NCBI RefSeq assembly: GCF_006345805.1
Contig: NC_043004.1
Coordinates: 24,862,001-24,926,000 of the forward strand
Direction: 5' to 3'
Length of the DNA: 64,000 nt
Source: Octopus sinensis
Lineage: Eukaryota
The position numbers and the translations under genes were made by a program. The number at the start of each line of letters is the position of its first letter. Within the stretch, counting starts at the first letter, position 1. Positions 25,746 through 39,488 of the stretch are shown here, one piece after another. The notes below the pieces were generated by a model, which was not told the origin of the DNA, did not search any database, and worked only from the letters and a program-made list of their open reading frames with translations.

Positions 25746-25748
25746 TCC

Positions 25749-25903
25749 TTACTTCCACACCTGAAACTTTTCTTCTAGTTCTGATAGTGACTCAGCAATT
25801 AGAGCAAGGTCATCAGCATAGAGGAGCTCCCAGAGGTATCCTGTCTTGAATTCCACTGTTACTGCCTGGAGGACTATGATGAATAAGAAGGGGCTGAGGA
25901 CTG
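25749..25903 (-). mobile_element. RTE-clade RT fragment
   Basis: [51 protein letters not shown] contains the YADD motif. Confidence 0.85.
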
Positions 25904-25906
25904 ATA

Positions 25907-25942
<36 letters not shown>

Positions 25943-26558
25943 CATACATTTATAGATATATAGAGGAGTGGCTGTGTGGTAGGTAGCTTGCTTACCAACC
26001 ACATGGTTCCGGGTTCGGTCCCACTGCATGGCACGTTGGACAAGTGTCTTCTACAATACCCTCGGGTTGGCCAAAACCTTGTGAGTGGATTTGGTAGACT
26101 GATACTGAAAGAAGCCCACCATATATATATATATATATATATATGCATGCATGTGTGTGTGTGTGTGTGTGTGTGTGTACGTCCCCATAACATAGCGGTT
26201 TGGCAAAAGAGTTTGATAGCATATGTATGTGTATATATGTATATATATAAGTATATATATATGTATATATATGTATGTATATATGTATATATATGTATGT
26301 ATATATGTATATGTATGTATATATGTATGTATATAAGTATATATATATATGGATATATATGTATGTATATATGTATATATATGTATATATATGGCGTTAG
26401 GAAGGGCATCCAACTATAGAAACACTGCCAGATCTGACTGGCCTGGTGCAGCCTTCGAGCTTCCCAGACCCCAGTTGAACCGTCCAACCCATGCTAGCAT
26501 GGAAAGCGGACGTTAAACAATGGTGATGATGATGATGATGTATATATATGTTTATATG

Positions 26559-26599
<41 letters not shown>

Positions 26600-27610
26600 A
26601 AGTGTATATATATTTATACTTTTTCTTGTGATTTATCAAGTACCAGCATCATGTTTTTCAAATGACATTAGTTATCTATCTCTGTATATATAATATCTAT
26701 TTGTGTATCTATATGTGTGTTCTGTGTGTTTTGTCTGTATGTTTGCATAATGAGTGTTGCCCTGTTAGTGTCATAGAAGCAGTATCATTCATTTCCAATA
26801 TTCTGTGTAAACATGTCTGGGCACAAGAAAAGAATTTTCTTGCTAATAAACAGATGAGGGTTGACAAGAAGGGCATCCAGCCACAGAAAAATCTGCCTTA
26901 AACTAACACTATCTAATTTGTGCATGCATGGAACAGTGGATGTTAAATGATGATGATGGTGGTTATTTCACTTGCTACTTAAAGCCGTATTAAATGATCG
27001 AAGTCATGTCACTGCACCTAATATATTTTTGGGGTCAGTTTACTGTGGGCCTTAATGGTTTTCAATGTGTGTTGTGTGTTGCTTTGACTAATGCAGACTG
27101 TGTGAATTCACTTCATCCCTAACATTGTTTTTAGATAATCTGCATAGTAGTGGGATGGGTTTCTGTTATACCGAGCTAACAATTTTGTAATAGACTAGGT
27201 TATGTCATTAAGACATAACACTTATTAGACAAGCTGGGTCATGTTGCTCAGATGTAATATTTTTGGCAGTCTGCAGCGTATCTCAGACAATGAATTTATG
27301 TAATGCTTCTTGTCATAGCACATAAACTCAATATTACCAGGCAGTGTATGATTGTGTCAGACTTACTACTGTATGGTAGACTGGTTCAAATCAATCAGCT
27401 CTAGCAGAAGGAGAAAAAAAAAAAGAAGAAACATTAAACATGATGATGATGATGATGATGATGATGATAAAACATTAAATTTATTGATAAATCACTAATG
27501 TTCTGTATTGTGTTTGTTTCAAATCCTGATTATTATTCAGAAACTTATGTATATATACTTACACACACATCACACACACACACACACACATGCATGCACA
27601 CACAACACAA

Positions 27611-27684
27611 CACACCCAGATATCCTTCACATGCATATATATATATACACACGCACACACCACACCCAGACATCCTTCACATGC

Positions 27685-27716
<32 letters not shown>

Positions 27717-27750
27717 CACACCCAGACATCCTTCACATGCACACACACAC
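27611..27750. repeat. Triplicated 25-bp core separated by microsatellite spacers
   Basis: CACACCCAGA(T/C)ATCCTTCACATGCA occurs three times, with (TA)n/(CA)n spacers of different lengths. Confidence 0.85.
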
Positions 27751-29329
27751 ACACGCGCGCGCGCGTACACACACACACACACACACACACGAAGAGTAGT
27801 GATGGTGGCAGTTGATTGTATGTTTCCCTTTGTTTTTCAAATTCGTGATGCTGTTGGCCATAATTCCTGAAAATATTGTCTTTTTTATTTTTGTGATGTT
27901 GTACGATTTGAATGTAACCCAACAGATACTGTAAGGTGTCCCTTTTGATGCTGTAGCAATTTCACTTGTCCACCACCCTGGACTGGTACTTTTGTTATTA
28001 ACCCTTGAAATATGAAAGACAAAGTATTTGCCACCTTTTAACATATATATATATATATTTGTGTATGTGTGTGTGTATACATGTATGTATTTATATTAAT
28101 ATATATATATATATATACACACACACTATAAATATATATACGCATATATGGATATATACATACATAGTTACACATTCACACTCACAACAAGGAAACGAAG
28201 TTGTTCAAATATTCTTTGAAGTCACTGTTGATTTTATTTTTTGTGTAGGCATAAGCAGCATGCTTCAACTTGCCTAAGAATGATTTGGTCCATATAAATT
28301 GATTGAGGATACCTTAAAATATGAGAGACGAAATGATACACCGTAGCATGACTTGGTTGGTTAATCAACAGGCTGTAAAGAGAGGAGGATATTTATGTGA
28401 TGCTTGTATAAGATACTGGAATGAATACTTAGTTTAAGAATATATGTGTTTGTTAACTTAAAATGAAATAAAATGTTTTCATTTATATATTTGCAATTAC
28501 TATATATTATCAATAGCAGTAATACTGTTTAACTATCAATTAATTGAAGTTGTAACATGAGCTGATACTAACAACTGTAGCAAAAATATATTTTCACTGT
28601 TATGTCATGGCAGGTAATGTTATAGTTAATTTATTGTAAAGAAAGATAAATTTTTCAAAAATCAGAATTATTTCCTTTGGAGGAATGGCTAAACAGAGAT
28701 GGTGACACTGTCAGTTGTTAGATTATTGGTTTTGTTATGATGATGTTCAGAGGTTTTAAGATTAATAAAACAAGAATAGAGATTTAAAACTGTTCATTCC
28801 ATTCTTAAGAGCTTTCAAAAAATAAATTAGATGAACTTACATCAACTTGTAATCCAGGCCACAATCTTATCTTGCTAGGAGCTTACCTCATACTCTCTAG
28901 TGTTCACCTGTTTTGGAGAGTAATTAGTTGCATTTTGCTGTACATGTATATAAGAATTTCATAGTTGGTTATTTCTTAAATCATTTCTTTTCTAAGTTAA
29001 TTTTTTTTTACTAAATCTTATAGCTCATGTTTAGTTTAAATTGCTTCCATTTCATGCTTGAAGGTAAATTTTTATAAGGGCATCCAACTAAAAACAATTC
29101 TCACTCCAACGGTTCTTGCAAATATATGAAATTATTGATGTATTCCATTCATGCTAGCTTAAAACAATGAATTGAACAATTCTATTTGTTACAGTCAATG
29201 CATTTATAGTTAATACACTGAATTATAGTCAATTAAATTTATAGTTAATATACTGCAGTGTAGTCAGTTGAATTTACAGTTATGATTCAGAATTATAACT
29301 TATTTATTGTGAACTATACTCTACAGAGT

Positions 29330-29790
29330 TAACCATGGCTGATAGTTGATCTGTTGAGTTTAGAAAGAGGAAAGATCATGAATGTTGGGTAATGATCATA
29401 ATCACAAGCTGCCAAAATGAGGTTCCTCCAAATGATCCCTAGACTAACTCAACAGAGTACCTATCTTGAAGATCAGGGAGTTTCTCCAGGTGAAGTTGCT
29501 ACTTCTTCATATTGAGAGGTCACAGCTCCAGTATTACAGATGTGATTAAAATATCATGGGGAAAGAAACACAAGACAGGTTCTTCAAGCTGAGCCAATGG
29601 ACAGGAACTTAGGGGTAGACCAAAAATGAGATAGTTGGTTTATAGCCATAGCCTTAGTAGGTCATGCTTTGGAAATCTAGCCAGAAAGTCTAATAATGGT
29701 TGCTTGTGATAATATCCTCTGGATGAGGTGCCTGAAGATTCTACTCAAACAAGCCCCCACCCTGCAAAGAATTGTGATGGTTGGATGGAT
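29330..29790 (+). mobile_element. Decayed RTE-like LINE 3' end
   Basis: Broken peptide resembling GRP..RW.....HALEI.PE....A.D..LW..CL, ending in GGATGGATG. Confidence 0.4.
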
Positions 29791-30384
29791 GTAAGAATTT
29801 TAACACAGAACATAGATAAAGCTAAATCCTAAAAGTATATGAAGGAAGCAGAGATATGGTGAATGAAATGTGTAATTTTTTTTATTGAACTAAATTTTTT
29901 TCGTTCTTACTTTGCCTTTCTGTAACACTTTCATGTGATTAGTTGAAGGGAAAGGCGAAGAGCAAAAGGAAAAGGAGAGAAAAAAGAGGGGAAGGCAAAG
30001 AGTGGGAGAGTGTTGCGTATTAAGTCTATAAAATTGTGCATGAAGTATATAAAGTGTATTAAGTAATCACCATATTCCAATTTCCTTCATTTTTTTTAAT
30101 GATTAGCATATGGGTGACTATCTTTTGATACAGACACAACACAGGCTATGCTTTCAAGTTTTTTGGATAAAGATTTCAGAAATAACCCAATAAGTTTACC
30201 AGTAATTCTGTGAAATATTCATGGTTCCCACTAGTTATCATTATTGTTCAACATTTTATAGTTTCAGTCAGATTTCTACTGTATCACCTGCTACACCTCT
30301 GTGTTACTAGGGTGTGTGCTGCATTGTGAGTTCTTTTTATTGTTGGGAGTGTGCAAACTCTTTCTAGTATTGTATTCCATCAGT

Positions 30385-30790
30385 TTCTTTCTTTTTTTTT
30401 TTAAATGCAGTCTTTTATTGTATTAGTGTTTGTATTTTGTGCATAATGCATTGAGTATTTGGCCTGCTGGTGGTAATTTATTTCATTGGATATTTGCTGT
30501 GTGGAGTGTGTCTTGTGTTTGTGGATTGTTTTGTTTTGGTTGTATTATTGAATTGATGGTGTATCGCATAGAATATGGACTGTTCTTAGCAGGGCTATTT
30601 TTTGGATAGTGTGTAGTGTTGAGGATCCAAGTATAGCTTTACATTTTTGTTCATGTTTTTTTCTATCATGCCCAACGATCCAATTATGACTCGTATTTTA
30701 TTCATGTTTTTTTCTATCATGCCCAACGATCCAATTATTACTAGTATTTTATTCAAGTGTTTTTTATCATGCCCAAAGCTCCAATTACTC
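30385..30790 (-). mobile_element. 3' end of an RLE-type (R2/R4-like) LINE with internal 51-bp triplication
   Basis: Minus strand VIGALGMIK...ILGSSTLHTIQKIALLRTVHILCDTPSIQ*, then a 3' UTR with AATAAAAG and an A-run. Confidence 0.6.
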
Positions 30791-30998
30791 TTTTACTTGT
30801 TTCAGTCATTTGACTGAGGCCATGCAGGAGCACCGCCTTTAGTCGAGCAAATCGACCCCAAGACTTATTCTTTGTAAGCCTAGTACTTATTCTATCGGTT
30901 GCTTTTGCTGAACCGCTAAGATATGGGGATGTTAACACACCAGCATTGGTTGTCAAGTGATGTTGGGATGGGGGGAACAAGCACAGACGTACAAACAT

Positions 30999-31044
<46 letters not shown>

Positions 31045-31202
31045 GACAGGCTTCTTTCAGTTTCCGTCTACCAAATCTACTCACAAAGCTTTGGTAGGCC
31101 CAAGGCTATAGAAGAAGACGTGCCCAAGGTGGCACGTAGTGGGACTGAACCCGGAACCATGTGGTTGGTAAGCAAGCTACTTACCATACAGCCACTCCTG
31201 CA
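30790..31202 (-). mobile_element. SINE family A, full length
   Basis: Complete head and tail. Confidence 0.88.
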
Positions 31203-32714
31203 CTTATAATTGTTAATGGTTTCTTCTTCTTCTTTTCTCCTTTTTCTCCTCCTCCTCCTTCCTCCTCCCTACATGGGTTGGATGGATTATCATTTTGTTC
31301 AAAGCTTGAAATTTTATAGAAGGTTGTAAGTCAATTACATCGACCCTCCCCACCACCAGCACTCAACTGGTACTTATTTTATCCCCACCCGCCCAAAGAG
31401 ATGAAAGGTAAAGTTGATCTTGCCAGAATATGGAATCTGAATGTAAATCTGGAAAAATTACTGCTAAGCATTTTGTCCAGTGTTTTAATAGTTAGAAGGT
31501 AACATCTTCACTGGAAGTGTTTTTTATTGACATGTTGAATTTCTTAGGCACAGCTCCTTGGAAATTCATTTCACAATTATGTGGTTCTCAGTTCAAATAC
31601 CAATGTGTGACACTTTGGACAAGTGCAATCCATCATAGCCTTGGGTTGACCAAAGCCTTGTGAATGCAATTTGGTAGATGGAAACTGTGTGGAAGCCCAT
31701 TAGAGGGACTGTTTCTGTTTGTGAGTCTAGATGTCACTCTGTTTAACCCTACCATTTGGACTTTGGGGGACCTTTGTGGGTTGCAGTCTGTTGTAAGCTT
31801 TCAGCTCAGTGATTCCACTCAGGATAACTTCCTCTCATCACCAATCACAGAGCTTCTGGAAACTCATCATAGCAGATGTTCATTCTTCTCCAACAAAACC
31901 ATTAACAACAAGAAAAAAAAAAAAAGATAATGCTGTACGGTAAAAAGACTGTTTCTTAACTACATGGTTCTGGGTTCAGTACCACTTTGTGCAAGTGTCT
32001 CATATTATAGCCTCAGTTTGACCAATGCCTTATGAGTGATTAGTGGATATGGTAGACAGAAGCTGAAAGAAACCCACAGTATATGTGTTCACATGTGTGT
32101 GTGTATGTGTATTACTGTCTCCTTGCCTTGACATCTTATGATAGTTGTGAGTGTTATTATGTAAGTAGTGTTCTTCATGTCCAATCATCCATAAAAACAT
32201 GTCTAGTCATGGGGAAATGTTACCTTACTTTGAAACAAGCAAGAGTTGGTGACAGGAAGGGCATCTAACTGTAGAAAAATTCACCTCTTCCTAATTCCAT
32301 CAGACCAATGTGAGCATCGAAAAGTGGACGTTAAAATGATGGTAGTGATTATGATGATTTTCACTATATGTAGCACTAATATATGCAAGGTATGTTCTGG
32401 AAAGTTTAAATTAAAGGTATAATTAGAGATAAAATTGTTATAGCACAAAACTGTATGTTAATCAATACCTCACCAGTAGTTCACTGATCTGAATTAGATA
32501 ACTAATGAACTGCTAGATCATCTATAGATTTCAGTTAGAAAGTATCAATAAAATGTTGAGAAAAGAAGAAAAACAAAAAAATCAGGCCAATATCTGATGA
32601 ATTTGTAACCAAGTTTTCTACTAATTGACTATTTTGCAATGTTGCAGATCAGACATCAGCAATAATAATAATATTATTATTAATAATAATAATATTATTA
32701 ATAATAATATTATT

Positions 32715-33200
32715 AATAATAATAATAATAATATTCTGCTCATTACCACAGATTTGCTTGTCAGTTGCTTGACCTTAACCAGTTGAGCATGTCCCTTAGT
32801 GGCTGATGATATGTGCATCTCTGATCACAAGCAGAAATAGTGGGGGAGCATCAGAACCATGTGTTGAGAGGAATTCTTTGGGGTTTGAATAATTCATCTC
32901 TGGAAACATAGGTGTTTCGTTCAACATCCTTAAACAATCCTTATTCAGGGACCTTTTGAGCAGGATGGGTTACTCGACCAGAAGAAAATTCTAACTGGGC
33001 CCCACCTGCAAGGTGATGCGCTGTTGATCTTGATATGAGATCACCATGTCGCACACATATGGTTGTGATGCGTGTGCCTGGTGTACCCTTATCAGACGGG
33101 TAGTCATGTTGGGTATACTGGGCTTCGTATATTTTACCCCAGTGTCACTTTGATGGCATGCACTACTCTCTCACTCAATAATAATAATAATAATAATAAT
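32715..33200 (+). mobile_element. Family C repeat, second copy
   Basis: Reverse complement of 1023-1468, with an (AAT)n tail. Confidence 0.8.
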
Positions 33201-34341
33201 AATGATAATAATAAAATGTGAAGGTGCATGGCTTAGTGGTTTGGGTATTCAGCTCATGATTGTAAAGTCATGACTTTGGTTCCTGGCAGTATATTGTGCC
33301 TTGAGTAAGAGACTTTACTTCATGTTGCTCCAGTCCACTCAGCTGGCAAAAGTGATTTGTACATGTAATTCAAAGTCTAGCCTAGTCACATTCTGTGTCA
33401 CACTGAATCACCCTGAGAACTATGTTAAGGGTACATGTGTATCTGTGGAGTGCTTAGACATTTGCAATTTTGCAGGGAAGGGGGGATAATCGATTACATT
33501 ACCCCCACCCCCAGGACTCTTTATATATATATATATCAATAGGAATGGCTGTGTGGTAAGTAGCTTGCTTACCAACCACCTGGTTCTGGGTTCAGTCCCA
33601 CTGCGTGGCACCTTGGACAAGTGTCTTTTACTATAGCCTCGGGCCGACCAAAACCTTGTGAGTGCATTTGGTAGACGGAAGCTGAAAGAAGCCCGTCATA
33701 TATATATGTATATATACATGTGTATGTTTGTGTGTCTGTGTTTTCTCAACATCGCTCTTGACAACCGATGCTGGTATGTTTATGTCCCCGTAACTTATAC
33801 ATGCCATATACAGAAAATGATAGTTGATAGTAGCTACATTGCTGCTGACATTAAAATGTAGTTAACTGTCTTTATAGACAGTAAGAAAGAAACAACTTGA
33901 GACATTTTTTTCTCTCTGCCTTATTAGTGTAAGGCCAATACAAATCATTTATGATACAAAGATAAATGCTAAAACATGTATGATGATGATGATGATGGTG
34001 TTTACCTAAGCTTGTTCAAGAATATGATCTATAAATATAATAATGAGCTAGCAATATACCTTAGAAGAATATTTAATGCCAATAAAGAAATAACACAATC
34101 ACTGAAATGCAACAAACTAGAAAAAAATAAAAATAAAATGATTTTTATTTTATTTTCGTTTTCTCTTTTATTCTTTTACTTGTTTCAGTTGTAAGACTGC
34201 TGGAGCACCACCTTGAAAAATTTTTAGTCAAATGAATCAACCCCAGTGCTCTCTGTCTCTTTTGCCAAACTGCTAAGTTATGGGGATGTAAACGCCAACA
34301 CTGGTTGCCAAGTAGTGGAGTGGAGGAGACACAAATACAGA

Positions 34342-34397
<56 letters not shown>

Positions 34398-37300
34398 TCC
34401 ACAACGGGCTTCTTTAATTTTTCTGTCTGTCATATTCACTCATAAGGCTTTGGTTGTTTTGAAGCTATAGTAGAAAACACTTGTCCAAAGTGCCACGCAG
34501 TGGGACTGAACCCGAAGCCATGTGGTTGGGAAGCAAGCTTCTTACCACACAGTCACTCTTGTGCCTATATTTTTATTTTATTTATTTTGGTTTTGTTGGA
34601 TAGATAAACTCATAAGATTTACTACCAGAAATTTATAGATGGATGTACTGAGGCTGAAATTCGTAAAACAATTTCATTTCTTTTGTCAATGCAGTTCATA
34701 GGTTTCTGTTGTTAGTGAGTGCACTACTACGCTAGTATATTTATAGTATTTAGTCAGTCACAGATTTAATTCAAGGTAGGAAGCAGTCTTGGCCTATACT
34801 GTATTGATTTAGTTGAAAAATTTAATTACTTAACGCAAATTAACTTCACTCAAAATAAAACATTTCTTTCTTCTCATCCTCCATCAATATTAAATTGGTT
34901 ACTGTTGTTAAAAACTAATGATATTTCTGACTACACTTCAACAGTGAATGGTAGCTTAATGATAAATTTATGAATGTGTAATGATTGAATGCTAAGCTTT
35001 AAGTTTGTTATGTGGAATCAGCATAGCCCTGCCTTCTAAGGTTTCCATATAACAATTATCCCTACTATAATGGCCTCTGTTTCTTGGAGCTGCATAGCCT
35101 CATACCACCCCCATTCTAGTATTTAATGACCCATTTGCCTTGTCTTCTCTCAATGCTTTGTTATGTCTTCCTCACCTCCTGCCCCCACACAAATCACAAC
35201 ACCCTATTCTTTCATCCCAGAATATTAGTTTACCTTGTTTATAACTTTCCCTTTAGAAAGGTTTAAGAAAAACATTAATGGCATCACTCTTACTGGTTTA
35301 GGAAGACCTGTGAAGGGCATGGACACTGCCCCTTCTTCCAGATAAATTTACTGACAGATAGCCCTTCTTCACTGCCTTCAATAATATTAATTTTTAATTT
35401 AGGTACATGAACATATAGCTACACATTGACAGCAGATCCACTTAACATGGTTATGCATGACACCCCTCTCAGCACCTCAGAAATAATTATTTTCAACATA
35501 GCCACATGTTTAGTGTATGTGTGGCACTCAGTTATGACGATGAAGGTTCCAGTCAATCTGACCAATGGAACAGCCTGCTCATGAAATTAATGTGTGGGTG
35601 GATGAGAGCTCCACAAACATGTGTACCTTTAATGTAGTTCACAGGGAGATTCAGCATGACACAGAATGTGACAAGGCTGGCCCTTTGATTTATAGGCACT
35701 ACTCACTTTTGCCAGCTGAGTGGACTGGAGCAACATGAAATGAAGTGTTTTGTTCAAAGACACAAAACGCTGTCAAGGTATCATACTCGCAGTCTTATGA
35801 TTGCGAGCTGAATACCTCAACCACTTAGCCATGTGCCTTCACGTGAATGTGTAAAGATAAATAAATAAGGATAGTAATGTCTCATTTATAGGGATACTGG
35901 TAAGTTCCACTGAAATCGTTTTTGTGTTGTATAATGGCAATATACTGGCATATGTTCTCATTACTATCTCTCTAAATTCATAGGAGTGGTTGTTTCTTGT
36001 AAAGTGAAAATAGATAAGCAGAGACAGGTAGATATATTCTCTTGGAGTAAAAACATTTTTCTTTTATGTTTCATTAGAAGTACATGGATTGTGATCTTTA
36101 TATTAACAATCATATATATCATATATTGTACAGTAGTATATTGTGCTCTTGGATACAATTTATTATTAATCCCTTAGCTACAAAAATAAGTATGACTTCC
36201 ATTTCATAGTTAATAAATAATTGGTTGTGCATCCACTTAGAACATTATTGCTTGAAAAATTGATTGGCAGTATATGAAAATTTACAGAGCTATCTTAATG
36301 TATTCAGTTTCGAAAAATATTTGAAGTAAATATAGTTTTAATTTTGTTTTATAATTAAAACAATAAAATGTAACAAATGATTTTTTTTTTCCTCCATGAT
36401 ATTGACTTTGTTTAATTATAGATGTATTTTTATGGAAAGTTAGCACCTATTTTTAGACACTAGTTTTATCTGTATTTTCAAAAAAAAAAAAAAAAAACAT
36501 GTTGAATTTCTATTTTGTTCTTCTGAAATACTTCCAGTTTAAATATAGAGATGTTGTTGTTGCTGCTGTTGGAGGTGGCAGCAGAACAACGCTTACAGTA
36601 TTTATTTACAGCTCTTTAGGTTCTGAGTTCAAATCATACTGAACTCAACTTTGCTTTTCATCCATCTGTTATTAATAAAATAAAATATCAATTAAGTACT
36701 GAGGTTAATTTAATCAACTTTAAACTTTTATGTGAAGGTATGTGGCTAAGTGGTTGGGATATCTGGCTCACAGTCGTAAGGTTGTGAGTTCAATATCTGG
36801 CAGCACATTGCGTCCTTGAGTCAGATACTTTATTTCATGTTACTCCAGTCCAGTCAGCTGGAAAAAAAGGAGTAGTGTGTATAATTCAAAGGGCCAGCCT
36901 TATCACACTGTGTGTCATGCTGAATCTCACATGAACTATGTCAAGGGTACGTGTCTATGGAGTACTCATCCACTTATTAATTTCACGAGCAGGCTGTTCT
37001 GTTGATCAAAACAACTGGAACCCTTGTCATCCTAATTGGCTGAGTATACACATTCATTGAACATGTGGTAATGTTAAAAATGATTATTTTTGAGGTGCTG
37101 AGAGGGGCGTCAAATCTTTAATTACTCACCAAGAAACAATCTTAGGCTTAATATCTGTGTAAACCATCAAAAACAAAACAAACAAAAGAAGTATTCTAAT
37201 ATAAAAATCTATGAATGTCCCAAAAGTGAAGTGAGGAGCTATTTATATATTTTAGTGAAAACCACACTGTAATGGAATGAATGCTATATAAAGAGATGTA

Positions 37301-38259
37301 TTATTTAACAATGACTACTTATTATTATATATTATGTCTAATGTTTAAACCTGTTGCCAAATCTAGATGTCAGTAACAACGTAATGAGAATACTAGGAAA
37401 CTTAATTAATTCTATCACCCCAACAATACCTCACACACACACACTCACACATATAAGTAAATGCATCTGTGTATGTGTATATGTGGGTGTACGTGTATCA
37501 TCATCATTATCATCATCATCATCTTGTAATGTCTGTTCTCCATGCTGGCATGGGTCGGACAGTTTGATAGGTACTGGCCAGCTTGATGGCTGCTCAAGCT
37601 CCTTTTGTCTGTTTTGGCCTGGTTTCTACAGCTGGATGCCCCTCCTCATGTCAACCACTTTACAATATGTAGTAGGTGGTTTTATGTGGTTCCAACATGG
37701 GTATTGGCATGGGTGTTTTTACTGGTGTCAACCACTATGGGTTCTTCAAGTGGGGTGGTTTTATGTGGCACCAGCACGGGTACTTGTACATGCCACCAGC
37801 ACCTATGAGTCCACCAGACTAGGATCTCTTGACTGAGAGAGACATGTAGAAGACATGCCTGTAAGTATGGACAGCCACAATTTTACTTAGCTTGGCATGT
37901 CTTCTCTAGCACAGCAAATTGTCAGGAACCTTGATGCATATGTATATATATCATCATCATCATCATCATCATTTATTGTCCATGTTCCATGCTAGCATAG
38001 GTGGGATGGTACCACAAGAGCCAGCCAGGCTGAAGCCTGCTCCAAACTTCTGTGACTGTTTTGGCAAGATTTTTTACAGCTGGATGCCCTTCCTAATACC
38101 AATCATTCAGTAAAGTGAACTAGATGGTAAATAATCCTATATCTGCATGTGAAGTGTTACAAATGAGACATGCACCTCTTGGTTCATATGCAGCTTGTCT
38201 CCATGATTCCAGTTCCTCTCTCATTAATCTGACATATACACAGTCAGTGGTTTATTTAC

Positions 38260-38425
38260 CTTTCACGATGAAGTAAAATTTTGGCAATATAGCTGTTGTG
38301 TTTCAGTTCTTTTAAAAGTTGTTTTGACTTGAACTTCCAGAACTTCAGTGTTCCATCTGCTTCAGCTGTGATAATGATTTGGTTATTGGCATTGACAGCA
38401 ATGCCATACATAGCACAGTCATAAC
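38260..38425 (-). pseudogene. WDR36: Isolated WD40-repeat exon of WDR36/UTP21 (SSU processome factor), probably a non-functional duplicated exon
   Basis: The minus strand encodes YDCAMYGIAVNANNQIIITAEADGTLKFWKFKSKQLLKELKHNSYIAKILLHRE(S). This is gap-free colinear with my recollection of vertebrate WDR36 HKGSVRGVAVDGLNQLTVTTGSEGLLKFWNFKNKILIHSVSLSSSPNIMLLHRDS. It ends at a good phase-2 donor GAAAG|GTAAAT (38260/38259). The expected acceptor reads CAT rather than CAG and lies in (TA/CA)n sequence. I found no neighbouring WDR36 exons by eye. Confidence 0.75.
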
Positions 38426-38453
38426 ATGTATATATGCATGTGTGTATATCTAC

Positions 38454-38516
<63 letters not shown>

Positions 38517-39184
38517 ACAGTGACAGGGTTCTTTCAGTTTCCATCTATCAAATCCTCTCACAAGGCTTTGGCCAATCTGAGGCTATAGTAAAAGAAACTT
38601 GCACAAGATGTCATACAGTGGGACTGAACCTGGAACAATGTGTTTGGGAAACAAACATCTGACCACAAAGCCAGGCATGACTGTATGGTTAGGATGTTTG
38701 CTGCTTCCTAACATATGGTATTGGGTTCAGTCCCACTGTTTGGCACTATGGGCAAGTGTCTTCTGTTGCACCAGGCTGACCAAAGTCTTTAGAAGGTGGA
38801 AACTGAAAGAAGCCCAGTATATATACACATATATCTTTTATATTTTGCTTGTTTCAGTGGGACTCTGAGCATGCTGGAGCTCTGCTTTGAAGGGTTTTAT
38901 TCAAACAGATTGACTTCAGTACCTTTTTTAAAGCCTGGTACTTATTCCGGTGGTCTTTTTTGCTGAATCATCAAGTTATGGGGACATAAACAAACCAACA
39001 CCAGTTGCCATTTGGTTATTGTTGCATATCTTCTTGAGGCAGAGATAATTTTAATGAATGAATTTATATACTGTATGGTACTTCTTTTATCTGTATTTGT
39101 TGTCCATATACTTGCCATGGACCGCTTTGAGGTGTTTTCATTCTACAAAATAGCTATTGTTGATGAAAGTAGTGTTCATAGTTT

Positions 39185-39422
39185 TACTCTTTTACTTGTT
39201 TCAGTCATTTGACTGTGGCCATGCTGGAGCAATGCCTTTAGTCGAGCAAATCGCCCCCAGGACTTATTCTTTGTAAGCCTAGTACTTATTCTATCGGTCT
39301 CTTTTGCCGAACTGTTAAGTTACGGGGATGTAAACACACCAACATTGGTTGTCAAGCGATGTTGGGGTGACAAACACAGACACACAAACGTATATACACA
39401 CATACATACATACATACATACA

Positions 39423-39488
<66 letters not shown>

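Noticed and set aside
25813-26487. 224-aa ORF and overlapping ORFs
   Set aside because: Made of SINE sequence and (TA/TATG)n, giving YI/HT repeats; not a gene.
27677-28044. Two overlapping minus-strand ORFs over about 200 bp of unique sequence
   Set aside because: No recognisable domain, no convincing splice-site pair, and both run into microsatellite. A BLASTx would settle it.
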